NCBI GenBank assembly: GCA_030650425.1
Contig: JAUSED010000010.1
Location: 10,104 to 74,103, forward strand
Origin: Candidatus Omnitrophota bacterium
Lineage (GTDB): Bacteria; Omnitrophota; Gorgyraeia; Gygaellales; Profunditerraquicolaceae
DNA length: 64,000 nt
Direction of reading: 5' to 3'
Shown here: one piece after another, positions 29,973 to 39,817 of the stretch
Position numbering within the stretch: position 1 is the stretch's first letter
Layout: each line of letters starts with the position of its first letter
Made by a program: the position numbers and the translations under genes
The notes under the pieces: generated by a model
Seen by the model: the letters and a program-made list of their open reading frames with translations, nothing else
Told to the model about the DNA's origin: nothing
The model's database searches: none

Positions 29973-30472
29973 TTCTTTAAAATATCAACTGCCCTTAGTT
30001 TACTATTATTACGCTTCTTGTCAAGCCTAATCGTAAATCGTAAATCACTTTTAATACCAAGTTAAGGCAACCTCGCAAAGATGGACAGTAATATTGCACA
30101 AGGGGACGACCTCTCTGCACACAACCATTGGCAAATTTGAGAGGTGAACCTCGTAAGGACGCCCAGAAATACGCAGCGACAGAAAGACTCTCTGTATACA
30201 GGTAGTGTAATTATTTAGAAGAAATAGAAATGAGGCCCTTTTGGACTTACCCCTAATACACTTGTCTATTCTACCTTTTTACAAATTTCTTTGCGACAAT
30301 TTTTGTGAATAGCGGATATATTATTTTCTATTTCCTTAGGAAATGGACAGTGGACAATTTCGATGCCTTCAGCAACTTTACCCCTTAAAATTTATCGGAA
30401 ATGTTCACAATAGCCCCTATCTGTCAATATCATCAATTTAAGCGAGTTGTTAGACAAAATAAAGCTCCCTAC

Positions 30473-31525
30473 TTAATAAACCGGAACAGCTACACTCCAG
30501 GACCCGTCAAGTTGCTTGTGAGAAACATATATTTGGTAATCTTTCCTTCCCTGAGGAAGGAGCTCAAAATATAATTCTTTTTCGTCTCTTGTCAAGCTTG
30601 GAGCAAATATCTTATGGGTAGCAATACCTAAATCTAATTTTATCGGCTCTGCCCATATTCCATTGACTTTTTCCGAGAAATAGATTCCCGTTTTCTTAAG
30701 ATTTATGGGCTGAGGATATGCTCTCACAAAGTATATTCGTTGCTTATCAGGGCTTAGCCATCCTGGCGCTTCAAAAGCATCTTCAGTATTTATCGGCTTG
30801 CCTATATTTATTGGCTCGCTCCATTCTCCATTTTCAAAGTTACTGATAAAGATATCGCCAAAACCTAAAGTGCCCGGCCTGTCAGAGCGAAATATCAACG
30901 TCTTTCCGTCTTCTGTTACATGAAAATCCTGCTCCATATGGGGAGTATTAAAATAATCAGACAGAATGAAAGGTCCTTTCCATGTCCCGTCTGCTTGTTT
31001 GTAGAAGGTAACAAGATCTCCTTCGCCTTTAATTTCCCTGCCATCTATAGAAATACCAGATGCTTCGACAATCAGTCTAGTCCCATTGTCAACTGTCATA
31101 AATTTAGCGTAAATTCCTTTATCTCTTGGTATCAATTCATGCGGCGCAAGTGTTGGGTTTGTCCATTTTCCATTCACTTTTTCGGAGCAATACCCTCTAA
31201 ACCAAATATTTTTATTGGAAATATCGTTTTCAGTGTGGCCTTTTCTATAAGGCCCGATTATTTTAATGCCTTTCTCCTTTTTTAATATTTTCATCTTCTC
31301 TTCGGGGGAAAGCTCCTGGAACCATTCAAAATCCATAGGAGAATACAAGAAACACAACTTGTTTCCGTCAAGTGAAATTATTGGTTGATCTTCGGTCCCC
31401 AACGTATTGATTGCAATTACATTCTCTTCACTAAATGCCTGCTTAAAATCCACAACTAATGCGATACTTATTGCCATCAAAACTGTCAATAAGCCAAAGG
31501 AAATTGATATGTGAGTATTTTTCAT
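30473..31525 (-). CDS. Secreted PD40/TolB-like beta-propeller protein
   Basis: Repeats of SxDG..L.F.SDRPG..G..DI, WSEPINIG..INT. Confidence 0.8.
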   Translation of the reverse strand: MKNTHISISFGLLTVLMAISIALVVDFKQAFSEENVIAINTLGTEDQPIISLDGNKLCFLYSPMDFEWFQELSPEEKMKILKKEKGIKIIGPYRKGHTENDISNKNIWFRGYCSEKVNGKWTNPTLAPHELIPRDKGIYAKFMTVDNGTRLIVEASGISIDGREIKGEGDLVTFYKQADGTWKGPFILSDYFNTPHMEQDFHVTEDGKTLIFRSDRPGTLGFGDIFISNFENGEWSEPINIGKPINTEDAFEAPGWLSPDKQRIYFVRAYPQPINLKKTGIYFSEKVNGIWAEPIKLDLGIATHKIFAPSLTRDEKELYFELLPQGRKDYQIYVSHKQLDGSWSVAVPVY

Positions 31526-31679
31526 CTTATTTTCTGGACTAAGTATTGTGTCACTGGAATTTTGGAATTCTGGAATTCGTAATATATCAAGGTATCCATT
31601 TAGGAAACGCTCCCTTTTCTAATTCTTAATTATACAGTCTAAGGCCGATTAGCTCAACAAAAAAGACGCGGAGTATCGG

Positions 31680-32213
31680 TCAATCTCTGTGGAATCCAAT
31701 TGGAGGCTTCTGCGGCAAAAGAGGCGCGGGTGCCGGCTCAAGCAGCTTTTTAATCGCTTCGAAAATAAGCTGGATCTTATCATCATGTGTAGCGTATTTC
31801 TTCTCGAGCGCGGCGATCTTTTCCGCCAAGTCCTTGTGAGTCAAAAGGAACTCTTTTAATTTCACGAAGGCGCGCATAATCATAATATTAACCTGGATAG
31901 CGCGCTCGCTGTTCAGAACGCTAGAGAGCATAGCCACTCCCTGCTCGGTAAAGACATAAGGAAGTTGATGGGAAAAACGCAGCCCGCTTAGGTGGTCACA
32001 AATTGTGACCAGCTCCTCTTTTTCCTCTTTCCTGAGCTGAAACATGAAATCCGATGGAAATCGTTTTATATTTCTCTTTACTGCTTGATTCAACCGCTTA
32101 GTAGCAACACCATATAACTTAGCCAAATCAATATCTATCATTACCTTCTTACCTCTGAGATCTAATATTCTTGCGGCTATTAGCTCAACCGATATAATCA
32201 TAGACATACCCAC
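31680..32213 (-). CDS. ORF6N domain DNA-binding protein
   Basis: RGKKVMID.DLAKLYGV..LNQAVKRN..RFP.DFMFQL, FTEQGVAMLSSVL.S. Confidence 0.92.
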   Translation of the reverse strand: MGMSMIISVELIAARILDLRGKKVMIDIDLAKLYGVATKRLNQAVKRNIKRFPSDFMFQLRKEEKEELVTICDHLSGLRFSHQLPYVFTEQGVAMLSSVLNSERAIQVNIMIMRAFVKLKEFLLTHKDLAEKIAALEKKYATHDDKIQLIFEAIKKLLEPAPAPLLPQKPPIGFHRD

Positions 32214-32514
32214 CTCCTTCTCTGATTAGCTTGAAGTAGCAATCTACGGCTTCAAGTTGCTAATCCCTTGTACCACAAATAGTTCTCTACTTGATGCCAT
32301 AATTTGTGACCTCAAGTTTGTAATCTATTGATGTGTCTCCTTTCTACTCTAATAGACGCTCGAAAGGGCGGAATCTAACGTATTTTTTCGACAAAAAAGA
32401 CGCTGGAGTTTCCCAGCGCCTTGCGAAAAATATAACCGTCCCCTTTTATTTACGCATATAAATATTATACTATAGGGACAAAACCAAAACCCCAAGCCTT
32501 TTTAGGGTTAGGTT

Positions 32515-32904
32515 TTATTTTGAGTGGACATGGAAGCCAACTACCCTTGTTTGCTTAGGCGGTTCAAGCAGCCTTTTAATCGCTTCAAACACTACAGCGA
32601 ATTGACCGTCATATTTATTTTCCATATCTTCAATTTTACGCTTTAATACAGCATAGGTCAACCCTATCCTTCGTAAAGCTACAAAAGCCCTCATTATCTG
32701 AATATTAACCTGTATTGCCTGTTTGCTATTTAGCACGCTCGAAAGCATTGCTACGCCCTCCTGCGTAAAAGCAAACACATTAGGCGCATGTTTAATCTTG
32801 GAACTTATCACAATTTGTGATAAGTTCATGATCTCCCTCCTAGTAAGTGAAAACATAAAATCTTCTGGAAAACGGTCGATATTTCTTCTAACCGCCTGGT
32901 TCAC
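32515..32904 (-). pseudogene. 5'-truncated ORF6N domain gene
   Basis: Begins at NQAVRRN; an in-frame stop lies two codons upstream; lacks the first ~40 aa of the neighbouring paralog. Confidence 0.75.
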
Positions 32905-32999
32905 AGTTTACACAACCTATTATACTACAACTGATTCCTAAGGGAATTTGTTTCGCAATCTTCTCAACTACGAGTAGTTAGATACAACGTTACGGTTTC

Positions 33000-34208
33000 T
33001 TAATTTACGGCTCCATGCGCCTTTAGTAAAGAAATTATATCCTCTGGATATTTAGGAAAAGCGGCTTTTAGCTCCTCTAAAAATACTAATACGGTTTTCC
33101 CTTGATTATCTCTGGCATTTATATCTGCACCAGCAGAAAGAAGTAATTCGACGATTTCAACCTTTGGTGGCAACAATATCGATGCCTGCATTAATACTGT
33201 ACCGCCATAACTATTCCTCTGATTAACATTCGCACCTTTTTTAATCAATAATTCTATCATTTCCTTATCTTGATTCGCTACCGCACATCTTAAAGGTGCA
33301 TTTCCTCCATTGCTTATTGAATTAACGTCTGCTCCCTTTTCAATTAATAACTCTGCTATTTTCTTATTCCCTTTGCCATAATTAATCAAAGCAATCAAAG
33401 GAGTATTCCCTAAACTATCCCTTGCATTAACATCTGCACCATTTGCAATTAATAACTCAGCAATCTCCTCTTCTACAGGTTTATCGAAATTGAAAAATGC
33501 CTCATGCAATGGCGTAACTCCATTGGAACTTGAGTCTTTTAAGGAAGGATTAGCGCCATGCATTAGTAATAATTTCACCATTTCTTTATGCGCAAATTCT
33601 ACTGCCAAACATAGGGGTGTACCGGAACCATCAACTTTGTTTACATCTGCGCCATCCGCAATATCACGAGCAACCCTTTCCACATCTCCCTTAACTAACG
33701 CATCGAATGGAAGCACCTTTACTACAGCCACAGAGTTTCCATACGCCCGCTGAAGTTTTTCTGCTTCACCTTCTACAACGTACATTTGGTTTACTTTTTT
33801 AGCACTAATATCAGGATAGTTCTTTTGCCCCGAATCAAATTCTAGCACTTCAATAAAATAAGGGTCGGCTTTAAACCCTATATTTTCAGCTTGATGCACA
33901 TCTGCCCATGCTTTGCCATATTCTTTCGTCTCGTAATAGGAAACGCCGCGGTTGTAATAGGCATCTGCATAGTTAGGATTAATTGCGATAGCTTTGTTAT
34001 ACTCAGAGATGGCCTGAGTAAAATTCTTTTGCTTATAATAGGCAATCCCGCGATCAACATATTCTTTCGCTGTCTCAGCATAAACAGAAGAAACACTTAA
34101 AAATAATACTCCCATTAAAATAAATATAATTACTTTGGAACTCTTGGACATCATCTCCTCCTCCTTAAAAAGATTATTAAGATAGTAACTACCGCTTTGC
34201 ATACTCAA
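33000..34208 (-). CDS. Secreted TPR + ankyrin repeat protein
   Basis: AYYNRG TPRs, then about six GADVN..G.TPL ankyrin repeats. Confidence 0.9.
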   Translation of the reverse strand: MSMQSGSYYLNNLFKEEEMMSKSSKVIIFILMGVLFLSVSSVYAETAKEYVDRGIAYYKQKNFTQAISEYNKAIAINPNYADAYYNRGVSYYETKEYGKAWADVHQAENIGFKADPYFIEVLEFDSGQKNYPDISAKKVNQMYVVEGEAEKLQRAYGNSVAVVKVLPFDALVKGDVERVARDIADGADVNKVDGSGTPLCLAVEFAHKEMVKLLLMHGANPSLKDSSSNGVTPLHEAFFNFDKPVEEEIAELLIANGADVNARDSLGNTPLIALINYGKGNKKIAELLIEKGADVNSISNGGNAPLRCAVANQDKEMIELLIKKGANVNQRNSYGGTVLMQASILLPPKVEIVELLLSAGADINARDNQGKTVLVFLEELKAAFPKYPEDIISLLKAHGAVN

Positions 34209-34319
34209 AAATATATACTGCCACTGGTTAACAAACAGAGTGTCCCTTTTTGGGACGTCCCCCCTTTTCTTTCCAATCCTCTTAACTGTAAGTAGTTAGA
34301 TATAACGTCTAAGGTTCAT

Positions 34320-35066
34320 TTAGGGAACGCCCACTTTCCTCTTTTCCATCTTTTCGCATAAATTACGTTCAATTTCCATTGACGCGTAATTAGGATCATT
34401 TTTGTCCATATATTTCTCTGCTTCCGAAAAATAGTAACTGGCCTGCCTCCAATTGCTCATGTTCATATAGACTACCCCAATGTTACCCAAACCTTGCCAA
34501 CTATGAGGCACTACTTCCAAAAGCTTCTTAGCAGCCTGAATTGACAATTTGTAAAAACTGTCATCTTTATTCTTCTCATATGCTTCTATCCCCTTTTCAA
34601 GATAATTTGAACTTAAAGAAAAGTTAATTCTTGCCACATCGTTAATATCGTTTGTCTTCTTAAGGGCCAGCTCGCATAATTCAATTGCCTTATCAAAATT
34701 ATGCACAGAATAATAATAATTAATTTTCTTCAATATTTCTTCAACCGTTGATTCGGCGGTAATTTCCACATTATCATCTTTGTTGGGCGGCTTCGCATAT
34801 TCCGGATTCAAAATCTCGATCGTAGTTGATTTATTTGGTGCGTTGACTGACTTACCATCAATGCTTTCTATCTCATCCAAAAAATAAGTCAGTGGAACTC
34901 CCTGAAAGTATATTTTTATATACTTATCTGTCTTCTCAATCAGCTTGCCTTCCACAGTTTTACCGGACTTAAGAACAATGGTCTCGGCAAATATAAAAGC
35001 TGGTAAACATAAACACACCAATAATATCAAACTAATTAATATTCTTTTCTTCATTCTTCCTCTCAT
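34320..35066 (-). CDS. Secreted TPR protein
   Basis: Signal peptide, AETIVLKSGKTVEGK domain, TPR-like helices. Confidence 0.75.
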   Translation of the reverse strand: MRGRMKKRILISLILLVCLCLPAFIFAETIVLKSGKTVEGKLIEKTDKYIKIYFQGVPLTYFLDEIESIDGKSVNAPNKSTTIEILNPEYAKPPNKDDNVEITAESTVEEILKKINYYYSVHNFDKAIELCELALKKTNDINDVARINFSLSSNYLEKGIEAYEKNKDDSFYKLSIQAAKKLLEVVPHSWQGLGNIGVVYMNMSNWRQASYYFSEAEKYMDKNDPNYASMEIERNLCEKMEKRKVGVP

Positions 35067-35267
35067 TTTTTCACACCAATAAATTCCTGAGGAATTCTTG
35101 GAAACACCATACTTATTTTCTGAATTAAGTATTGTGTCCCCCCGAATCTTTATCCTTCATTTCATTTTTATTGGTATGCTTAATCATGATAGGACCTTCC
35201 CACCCTTTTATTTTATTTATAGGCCAATAATTGACTGCGGTTAAAAAATTCCTAACTTCCTTTTTAT

Positions 35268-35564
35268 TCATTTCTTTATGTATGTAATATACGCTAAAAT
35301 AGCAGTGGTTATAACTAACCCCAGGGTTACCCAAACTAAAGCCCAGGTCGCTTTAACTGACTGTATACTGGACTTTAAATTCTTATCAGCTATTGCCTGT
35401 CGTTCTACCCTTTCTTTTTCTTCTATGGCAAATTTAAGCGATTGAATATTAACCTTATCATAAAATTTTTCTTCACTAAACATTCCACTGGTAAGAATCC
35501 TCTTTAACTCTAAAAGGGATAGTTTCATAAACTCATCAAACCTAGTCTTTCTTTCTTGGTTCAT
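35268..35564 (-). CDS. Hypothetical protein with a C-terminal TM helix
   Basis: ORF with GGGAG SD. Confidence 0.6.
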   Translation of the reverse strand: MNQERKTRFDEFMKLSLLELKRILTSGMFSEEKFYDKVNIQSLKFAIEEKERVERQAIADKNLKSSIQSVKATWALVWVTLGLVITTAILAYITYIKK

Positions 35565-35660
35565 ACTATCTCCCTGTTGTCTTATTCAACTTCTTAATAT
35601 CCTCTTCTGTCAATATCTATACTTAGACCTGGAAGCCTAGCTAGATTTAGATACCTTTCT

Positions 35661-36194
35661 CTAATCCCCAACTATACTATTAAATCTTAGCTCAATCAAT
35701 TTTTGAACTACACTTCCTATTTTTTGAAAAAAAACGAGTCTGTCTCTTATTGATTTCACTTTTTTATAGCGGTCATCCTTAAAGGGAAGATTGTGTGCGA
35801 ATACATCTCTTAAATCATTAAGCTGAGAAACAACCGAGAAATCAATTTGTGTTTTAGCAAAAAATCTCTTCATCAATTCAATTTTTGGCTTAAAAGACAT
35901 CCTCACGTAATAGTCTAATGATTTTTCAAGCTCTTTGTCATTATTAGAAGTTTTTTTAGAAGCCTTTAATGAACGAAGGGCAAGAAGTATATTAAATTGA
36001 GCTTCCACCAAAAAGTGATATCCTAAGATTGCTTCCCTTATATCTACAAATTCATTTTTTTGAGCATCACTTATCCCCTCAGGTAGAATTTTTTTAAATA
36101 ATAGCTTTAGATTATCAATAAATTCACTGTAAGCCTTATCTGAATTAAGTGCTTCTATGCTCATTACAACCCTCCATTTGCTATAAAAAGGCAA
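35661..36194 (-). CDS. Hypothetical protein with an Rx4H motif (RDVFAH), HEPN/MtlR-like
   Basis: LNDLRDVFAHN; GGAGG SD precedes the internal MSIE start. Confidence 0.5.
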   Translation of the reverse strand: MPFYSKWRVVMSIEALNSDKAYSEFIDNLKLLFKKILPEGISDAQKNEFVDIREAILGYHFLVEAQFNILLALRSLKASKKTSNNDKELEKSLDYYVRMSFKPKIELMKRFFAKTQIDFSVVSQLNDLRDVFAHNLPFKDDRYKKVKSIRDRLVFFQKIGSVVQKLIELRFNSIVGD

Positions 36195-36306
36195 CCCCTA
36201 TTTTCTAGAGAATTGCCTTTAGATTCTAATGTCTAAACTCATAATAACGTTCCTTTGTTATTGATTATATTCTACCTCGGTTTTTGAGTTTTACAATCGA
36301 AAAGAC

Positions 36307-36343
36307 GGGATTGCTTCGGCTGCTGCGCTGCCTCGCAATGACG
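36307..36343. repeat. REP-like element of the gattgcttcg..cctcgcaatgac type
   Basis: Resembles a widespread bacterial palindromic repeat type recalled from memory; single copy here. Confidence 0.55.
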
Positions 36344-36360
36344 GGGGAGCTAAAAAAACA

Positions 36361-36414
36361 AGGGGACACTTTCCTTTAAAAAGTAACAAATAGCTCTGAC
36401 GGAAAATGTCCCCT
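36361..36414 (+). repeat. Family A palindrome; further copies at 36854-36907, 38974-39028, 39757-39810, 40533-40646, 41703-41756, 48615-48669, 48860-48914
   Basis: Same terminal inverted repeats and orientation; the 39757 and 41703 copies are identical. Confidence 0.9.
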
Positions 36415-36441
36415 TCAATTACTGTGTCCCCTGCTGCGGAA

Positions 36442-36831
36442 TTATTGGCAGCAGGATCTTTCTTTTTCTTCGGCGCTTGAACCGGCTTTGCAGAGGCTGT
36501 GTAGCTTACGAAGCTGCTCTTTGGAAAGCATCTTTTTAAGCGTCACGAACGCGCTCAAAAGCTCTTTCATCGACTCTTTTTTAAGCGTGTACTTTCTGTC
36601 GAGCAGTTTGGCGATCTCAGCCATATCCGGCGAGTCATCCCATAGCTTTGACATAATGTCTACGGCTATCGTTTCAACCTCCGCGTTAACTTTAATCAGG
36701 CTTTTTTTCGTATCCAGCTTCAAATCCTTAACCTTACGCAGGTTTTCATCGGAAAAACCTAATTCAGCCTGATTTTCAAAGATCGCGTGCGCCATTTTGA
36801 AAAATTTGTTGCTTAGGCATTGTTTATGCAT
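36442..36831 (-). CDS. Spy/CpxP-like helical protein
   Basis: ELGFSDE..KV and MLSKEQ..KL motifs. Start MHKQ; the ORF-track extension is repeat-derived. Confidence 0.65.
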   Translation of the reverse strand: MHKQCLSNKFFKMAHAIFENQAELGFSDENLRKVKDLKLDTKKSLIKVNAEVETIAVDIMSKLWDDSPDMAEIAKLLDRKYTLKKESMKELLSAFVTLKKMLSKEQLRKLHSLCKAGSSAEEKERSCCQ

Positions 36832-36996
36832 ATTGCACCCCCTTTCGGTGATCAGGGGACACTTTCCTTTTGAAAGTTCCACATAGCTCTGACGGAAAAT
36901 GTCCCCTACTGATGACTTAATTATATAAAAATAGGGGTAAGTTGGGAATTGGGCGGGGACACTTTTTATGGATGTTTTTCTACTAGAAGAAAAGGC

Positions 36997-37048
36997 GAAA
37001 CAGTTTCCTGTCCGGCCTTCGCAGATAGCTTTCTGCGGAAACTGTTTC
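36997..37048 (+). repeat. Family C palindrome gaaacagtttcc-N~27-ggaaactgtttc; also 39093-39142 and 41638-41687
   Basis: 12-bp inverted repeats; the first two copies share the flanks aaaaggc and ttgcga. Confidence 0.85.
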
Positions 37049-37059
37049 TTGCGAAGAAG

Positions 37060-38955
37060 TTATAAATCAGAGAGGTTTTCGAGGTATTCCCAGCGCTGGG
37101 TGGCTTGGTCTATCTCGGTGGAGAGTGCTTCGGAGCGGGACTCGGCTTGGGCTCTTTCGGTAGGGGTTTTCTGGTAAAAACTGATATCCGCGAATAGGGC
37201 GTAGAGCGCTTTTTGCTCTGCTTCCAGTTGCTCTATTTTTAAGGGAAGTTCGTCTAATTCCTGCTGTTCTTTAGACGTGAGCTTGCGCGGGATAATCGGC
37301 TTTTCTTTTTTGAGCGGCTCTTTTTTAGGCTTGGCCTTTGACGGCTCAGACGCTGTTTCAGTATGGCGCTGGCTTAACCAATCATCATACCCTCCGGGAT
37401 ATTCATTAACCACGCCATCACCTTCCAAGGCAATGGTCGAGGTAACTACATTATTCAGGAATTGCCGGTCATGACTGACTAAAAGTAAAGTGCCGTCATA
37501 CTCCGAAAGTAATTCTTCCAAAAGCTCCAAGGTCTCGATATCCAGATCATTGGTCGGTTCATCCATTACCAGCACATTAGAGGGCTTGGAAAAAAGCCGG
37601 GCAAGCAAGAGGCGGTTACGCTCGCCTCCGGAAAGAACTTTAACCTTAGTGCGGCTGCGGTCCGGGGCAAAAAGAAAATCCTGCAGATAACCCAAGATAT
37701 GCTTGGGCTTGCCGTTAATGATGATTGTTTCGCTGGAATCATTAACATTCTCAGCCACGGTTTTTTCTTCATCAAGTTGTTCGCGCAGCTGGTCGTAATA
37801 AGCAATCTCTAAGTTCGTGCCGAGAGTGGCTTTGCCCCGCTGAGGCTCAAGCTTACCTAAGAGAATGCGTAAAAGCGTAGTTTTGCCGCTGCCATTGGGG
37901 CCGATCACCCCGATCTTATCGTGACGCATAATATTGGTGGAAAAATCGCGGATCAGGCATTTATCGCTATAACTAAAATGCAGTTGAAAGGCTTTAATTA
38001 CTTTGTGGCCGGAGAGGACTGATTTTTGGGCGCGCATACGCACCAAACCCTCTTCTTTGCGCTGAGCCTTCTTCTCCTGCCTTAAACGCTCAAGGGCCTT
38101 GACCCTGCCTTCATTACGACAACGCCGGGCCTTCACTCCCTGACGAATCCAGACCTCTTCTTCGGCTAACTTTTTATCAAAATGCTTCCATTCTGATTCT
38201 TCAATATCCAAGGCCGCCTCTTTACGCGCCAAGAAAGTTTTATAATCGCAAGACCAGCTGAAGATCCTGCCCCGGTCAAGCTCAACGATGCGGGTTGCCA
38301 GATGGGTCATAAACATCCGGTCATGGGTCACAAAAAAGACCGTGCCCGGATAATCCGCCAAAAACTCCTCCAGCCAATTAATCGAATCAATATCCAGATG
38401 ATTAGTCGGCTCATCTAAAAGCAAAACCTCTGGTTTTAAGACCAAGGCCCGGGCTAAGAGCACCCTGCGCTTCTGTCCTCCGGAGAGGCTTGAGAAATCG
38501 CTATCAGCGTCCAGCTTCATCTTGGAGATAACATTCTCCACCTGATTATTCACATCCCAACTTTCCGTGCGATCCAACTCTGCCTGCACAATATCCAGCT
38601 GACGCAGTAATTCTTTGCTATGCTCGATATGCAAACGGTGAGTAAGCTGATGGTAGCGGCTCAAAAGATTGGCCCGCTCTCCCAAGCCGGAAAGGACAAT
38701 ATCATAAACATTACCTTCTATCTGGGCTGAAACTTCCTGAGGAAGGTGGGTAATCTGGATACCTTTTTGCAGGACCACTTGGCCAGCATCAGGCGAAAGC
38801 TCCCCTGCCATCACCTTCATCAGGGTGGTTTTGCCCGCGCCATTACGGCCAAGCAGGGCCACTCGCTCGCCCGATTCCAATTGCAAGTTTAAGCAATCAA
38901 AAATAAGCGGGCCGCCGAACTTTAAACTGAGCTCTTGTAAACTAATTAATGCCAT
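37060..38955 (-). CDS. uup: ABC-F family ATPase Uup
   Basis: Two ABC domains, EEVWIRQGVKARR.RNEGRV, C-terminal coiled coil ending RWEYLE. Confidence 0.92.
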   Translation of the reverse strand: MALISLQELSLKFGGPLIFDCLNLQLESGERVALLGRNGAGKTTLMKVMAGELSPDAGQVVLQKGIQITHLPQEVSAQIEGNVYDIVLSGLGERANLLSRYHQLTHRLHIEHSKELLRQLDIVQAELDRTESWDVNNQVENVISKMKLDADSDFSSLSGGQKRRVLLARALVLKPEVLLLDEPTNHLDIDSINWLEEFLADYPGTVFFVTHDRMFMTHLATRIVELDRGRIFSWSCDYKTFLARKEAALDIEESEWKHFDKKLAEEEVWIRQGVKARRCRNEGRVKALERLRQEKKAQRKEEGLVRMRAQKSVLSGHKVIKAFQLHFSYSDKCLIRDFSTNIMRHDKIGVIGPNGSGKTTLLRILLGKLEPQRGKATLGTNLEIAYYDQLREQLDEEKTVAENVNDSSETIIINGKPKHILGYLQDFLFAPDRSRTKVKVLSGGERNRLLLARLFSKPSNVLVMDEPTNDLDIETLELLEELLSEYDGTLLLVSHDRQFLNNVVTSTIALEGDGVVNEYPGGYDDWLSQRHTETASEPSKAKPKKEPLKKEKPIIPRKLTSKEQQELDELPLKIEQLEAEQKALYALFADISFYQKTPTERAQAESRSEALSTEIDQATQRWEYLENLSDL

Positions 38956-39166
38956 AGGACCTCATTAATGTATAGGGGACACTTTCCTTTTAAGAGTCCC
39001 CGGATAGCTTTGACGGAAAATGTCCCCTGCTGTGCGACGACTGTTTCTTGCGAAAGGGTTGCTGTGAGTGTTATGGAAATAGAGAAAAAGGCGAAACAGT
39101 TTCCTATCCGGTCTATCTGAATACTTCTACGGAAACTGTTTCTTGCGAGTATTTTAGAAGAATTAC

Positions 39167-39619
39167 TTAGGCGCGGTCGCGGCTGCGCTTGCGGAAAATA
39201 GGCTTCTTCCTGCCGGCTGGCCTGCTGTCTTCCCTGGGGCTGCGGTCGAATTTGGGCTTAAACGAACCTCTCTCCCCACCTACACTGCCGCCTTCTTTGC
39301 GCTTGGAAAAACAATCTTTGCAGTATATTGGACGGTCTCCGGTAGGCTTAAAGGGAACCTCACATTCAGTATTGCATTCCGCGCAGATAGCTTTAGTAAA
39401 ACTTCTCTCGCGGAAGCTATTTTCCCGGCCCCCTCTATCGCGGCGATAAGGATTATCGAAACGCTGGGCAGGCCTAGCTGTGGAAGACTGGGCAATCAGG
39501 GTGTCGAGCTTCTTCTCCAGAAAAGTTAATTGCTGTTGGATTCTACCAATGGCAGAGGCTAGATCTGACTCAGCCTGTGGTTCAAATACTGGGGGTTTAC
39601 GTTTAAATATCTTTTTCAT
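39167..39619 (-). CDS. CxxC-x17-CxxC zinc-ribbon protein
   Basis: CAEC..CEVPFKPTGDRPIYCKDCF. Confidence 0.85.
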   Translation of the reverse strand: MKKIFKRKPPVFEPQAESDLASAIGRIQQQLTFLEKKLDTLIAQSSTARPAQRFDNPYRRDRGGRENSFRERSFTKAICAECNTECEVPFKPTGDRPIYCKDCFSKRKEGGSVGGERGSFKPKFDRSPREDSRPAGRKKPIFRKRSRDRA

Positions 39620-39817
39620 CTTGCTCCTTGTGTACAAACACAACACCGGCGTAATTCAAATAAACGCCGGGTGTCTTTTATCGTGGTTAAGTTGCTATAC
39701 TTTAACTATCTACTATACACCTTTTGGGGGATAAAGCAAAGGGTTCTTGAGAGACAAGGGGACACTTTCCTTTAAGCCGTATCTGATAGCTTTGACGGAA
39801 AATGTCCCCTGCTATTG

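Noticed and set aside
30473-36194. Canonical integron cassette array
   Set aside because: No integrase, and the GTTAGAT-containing elements lack a complementary distal R box and attC-length hairpin.
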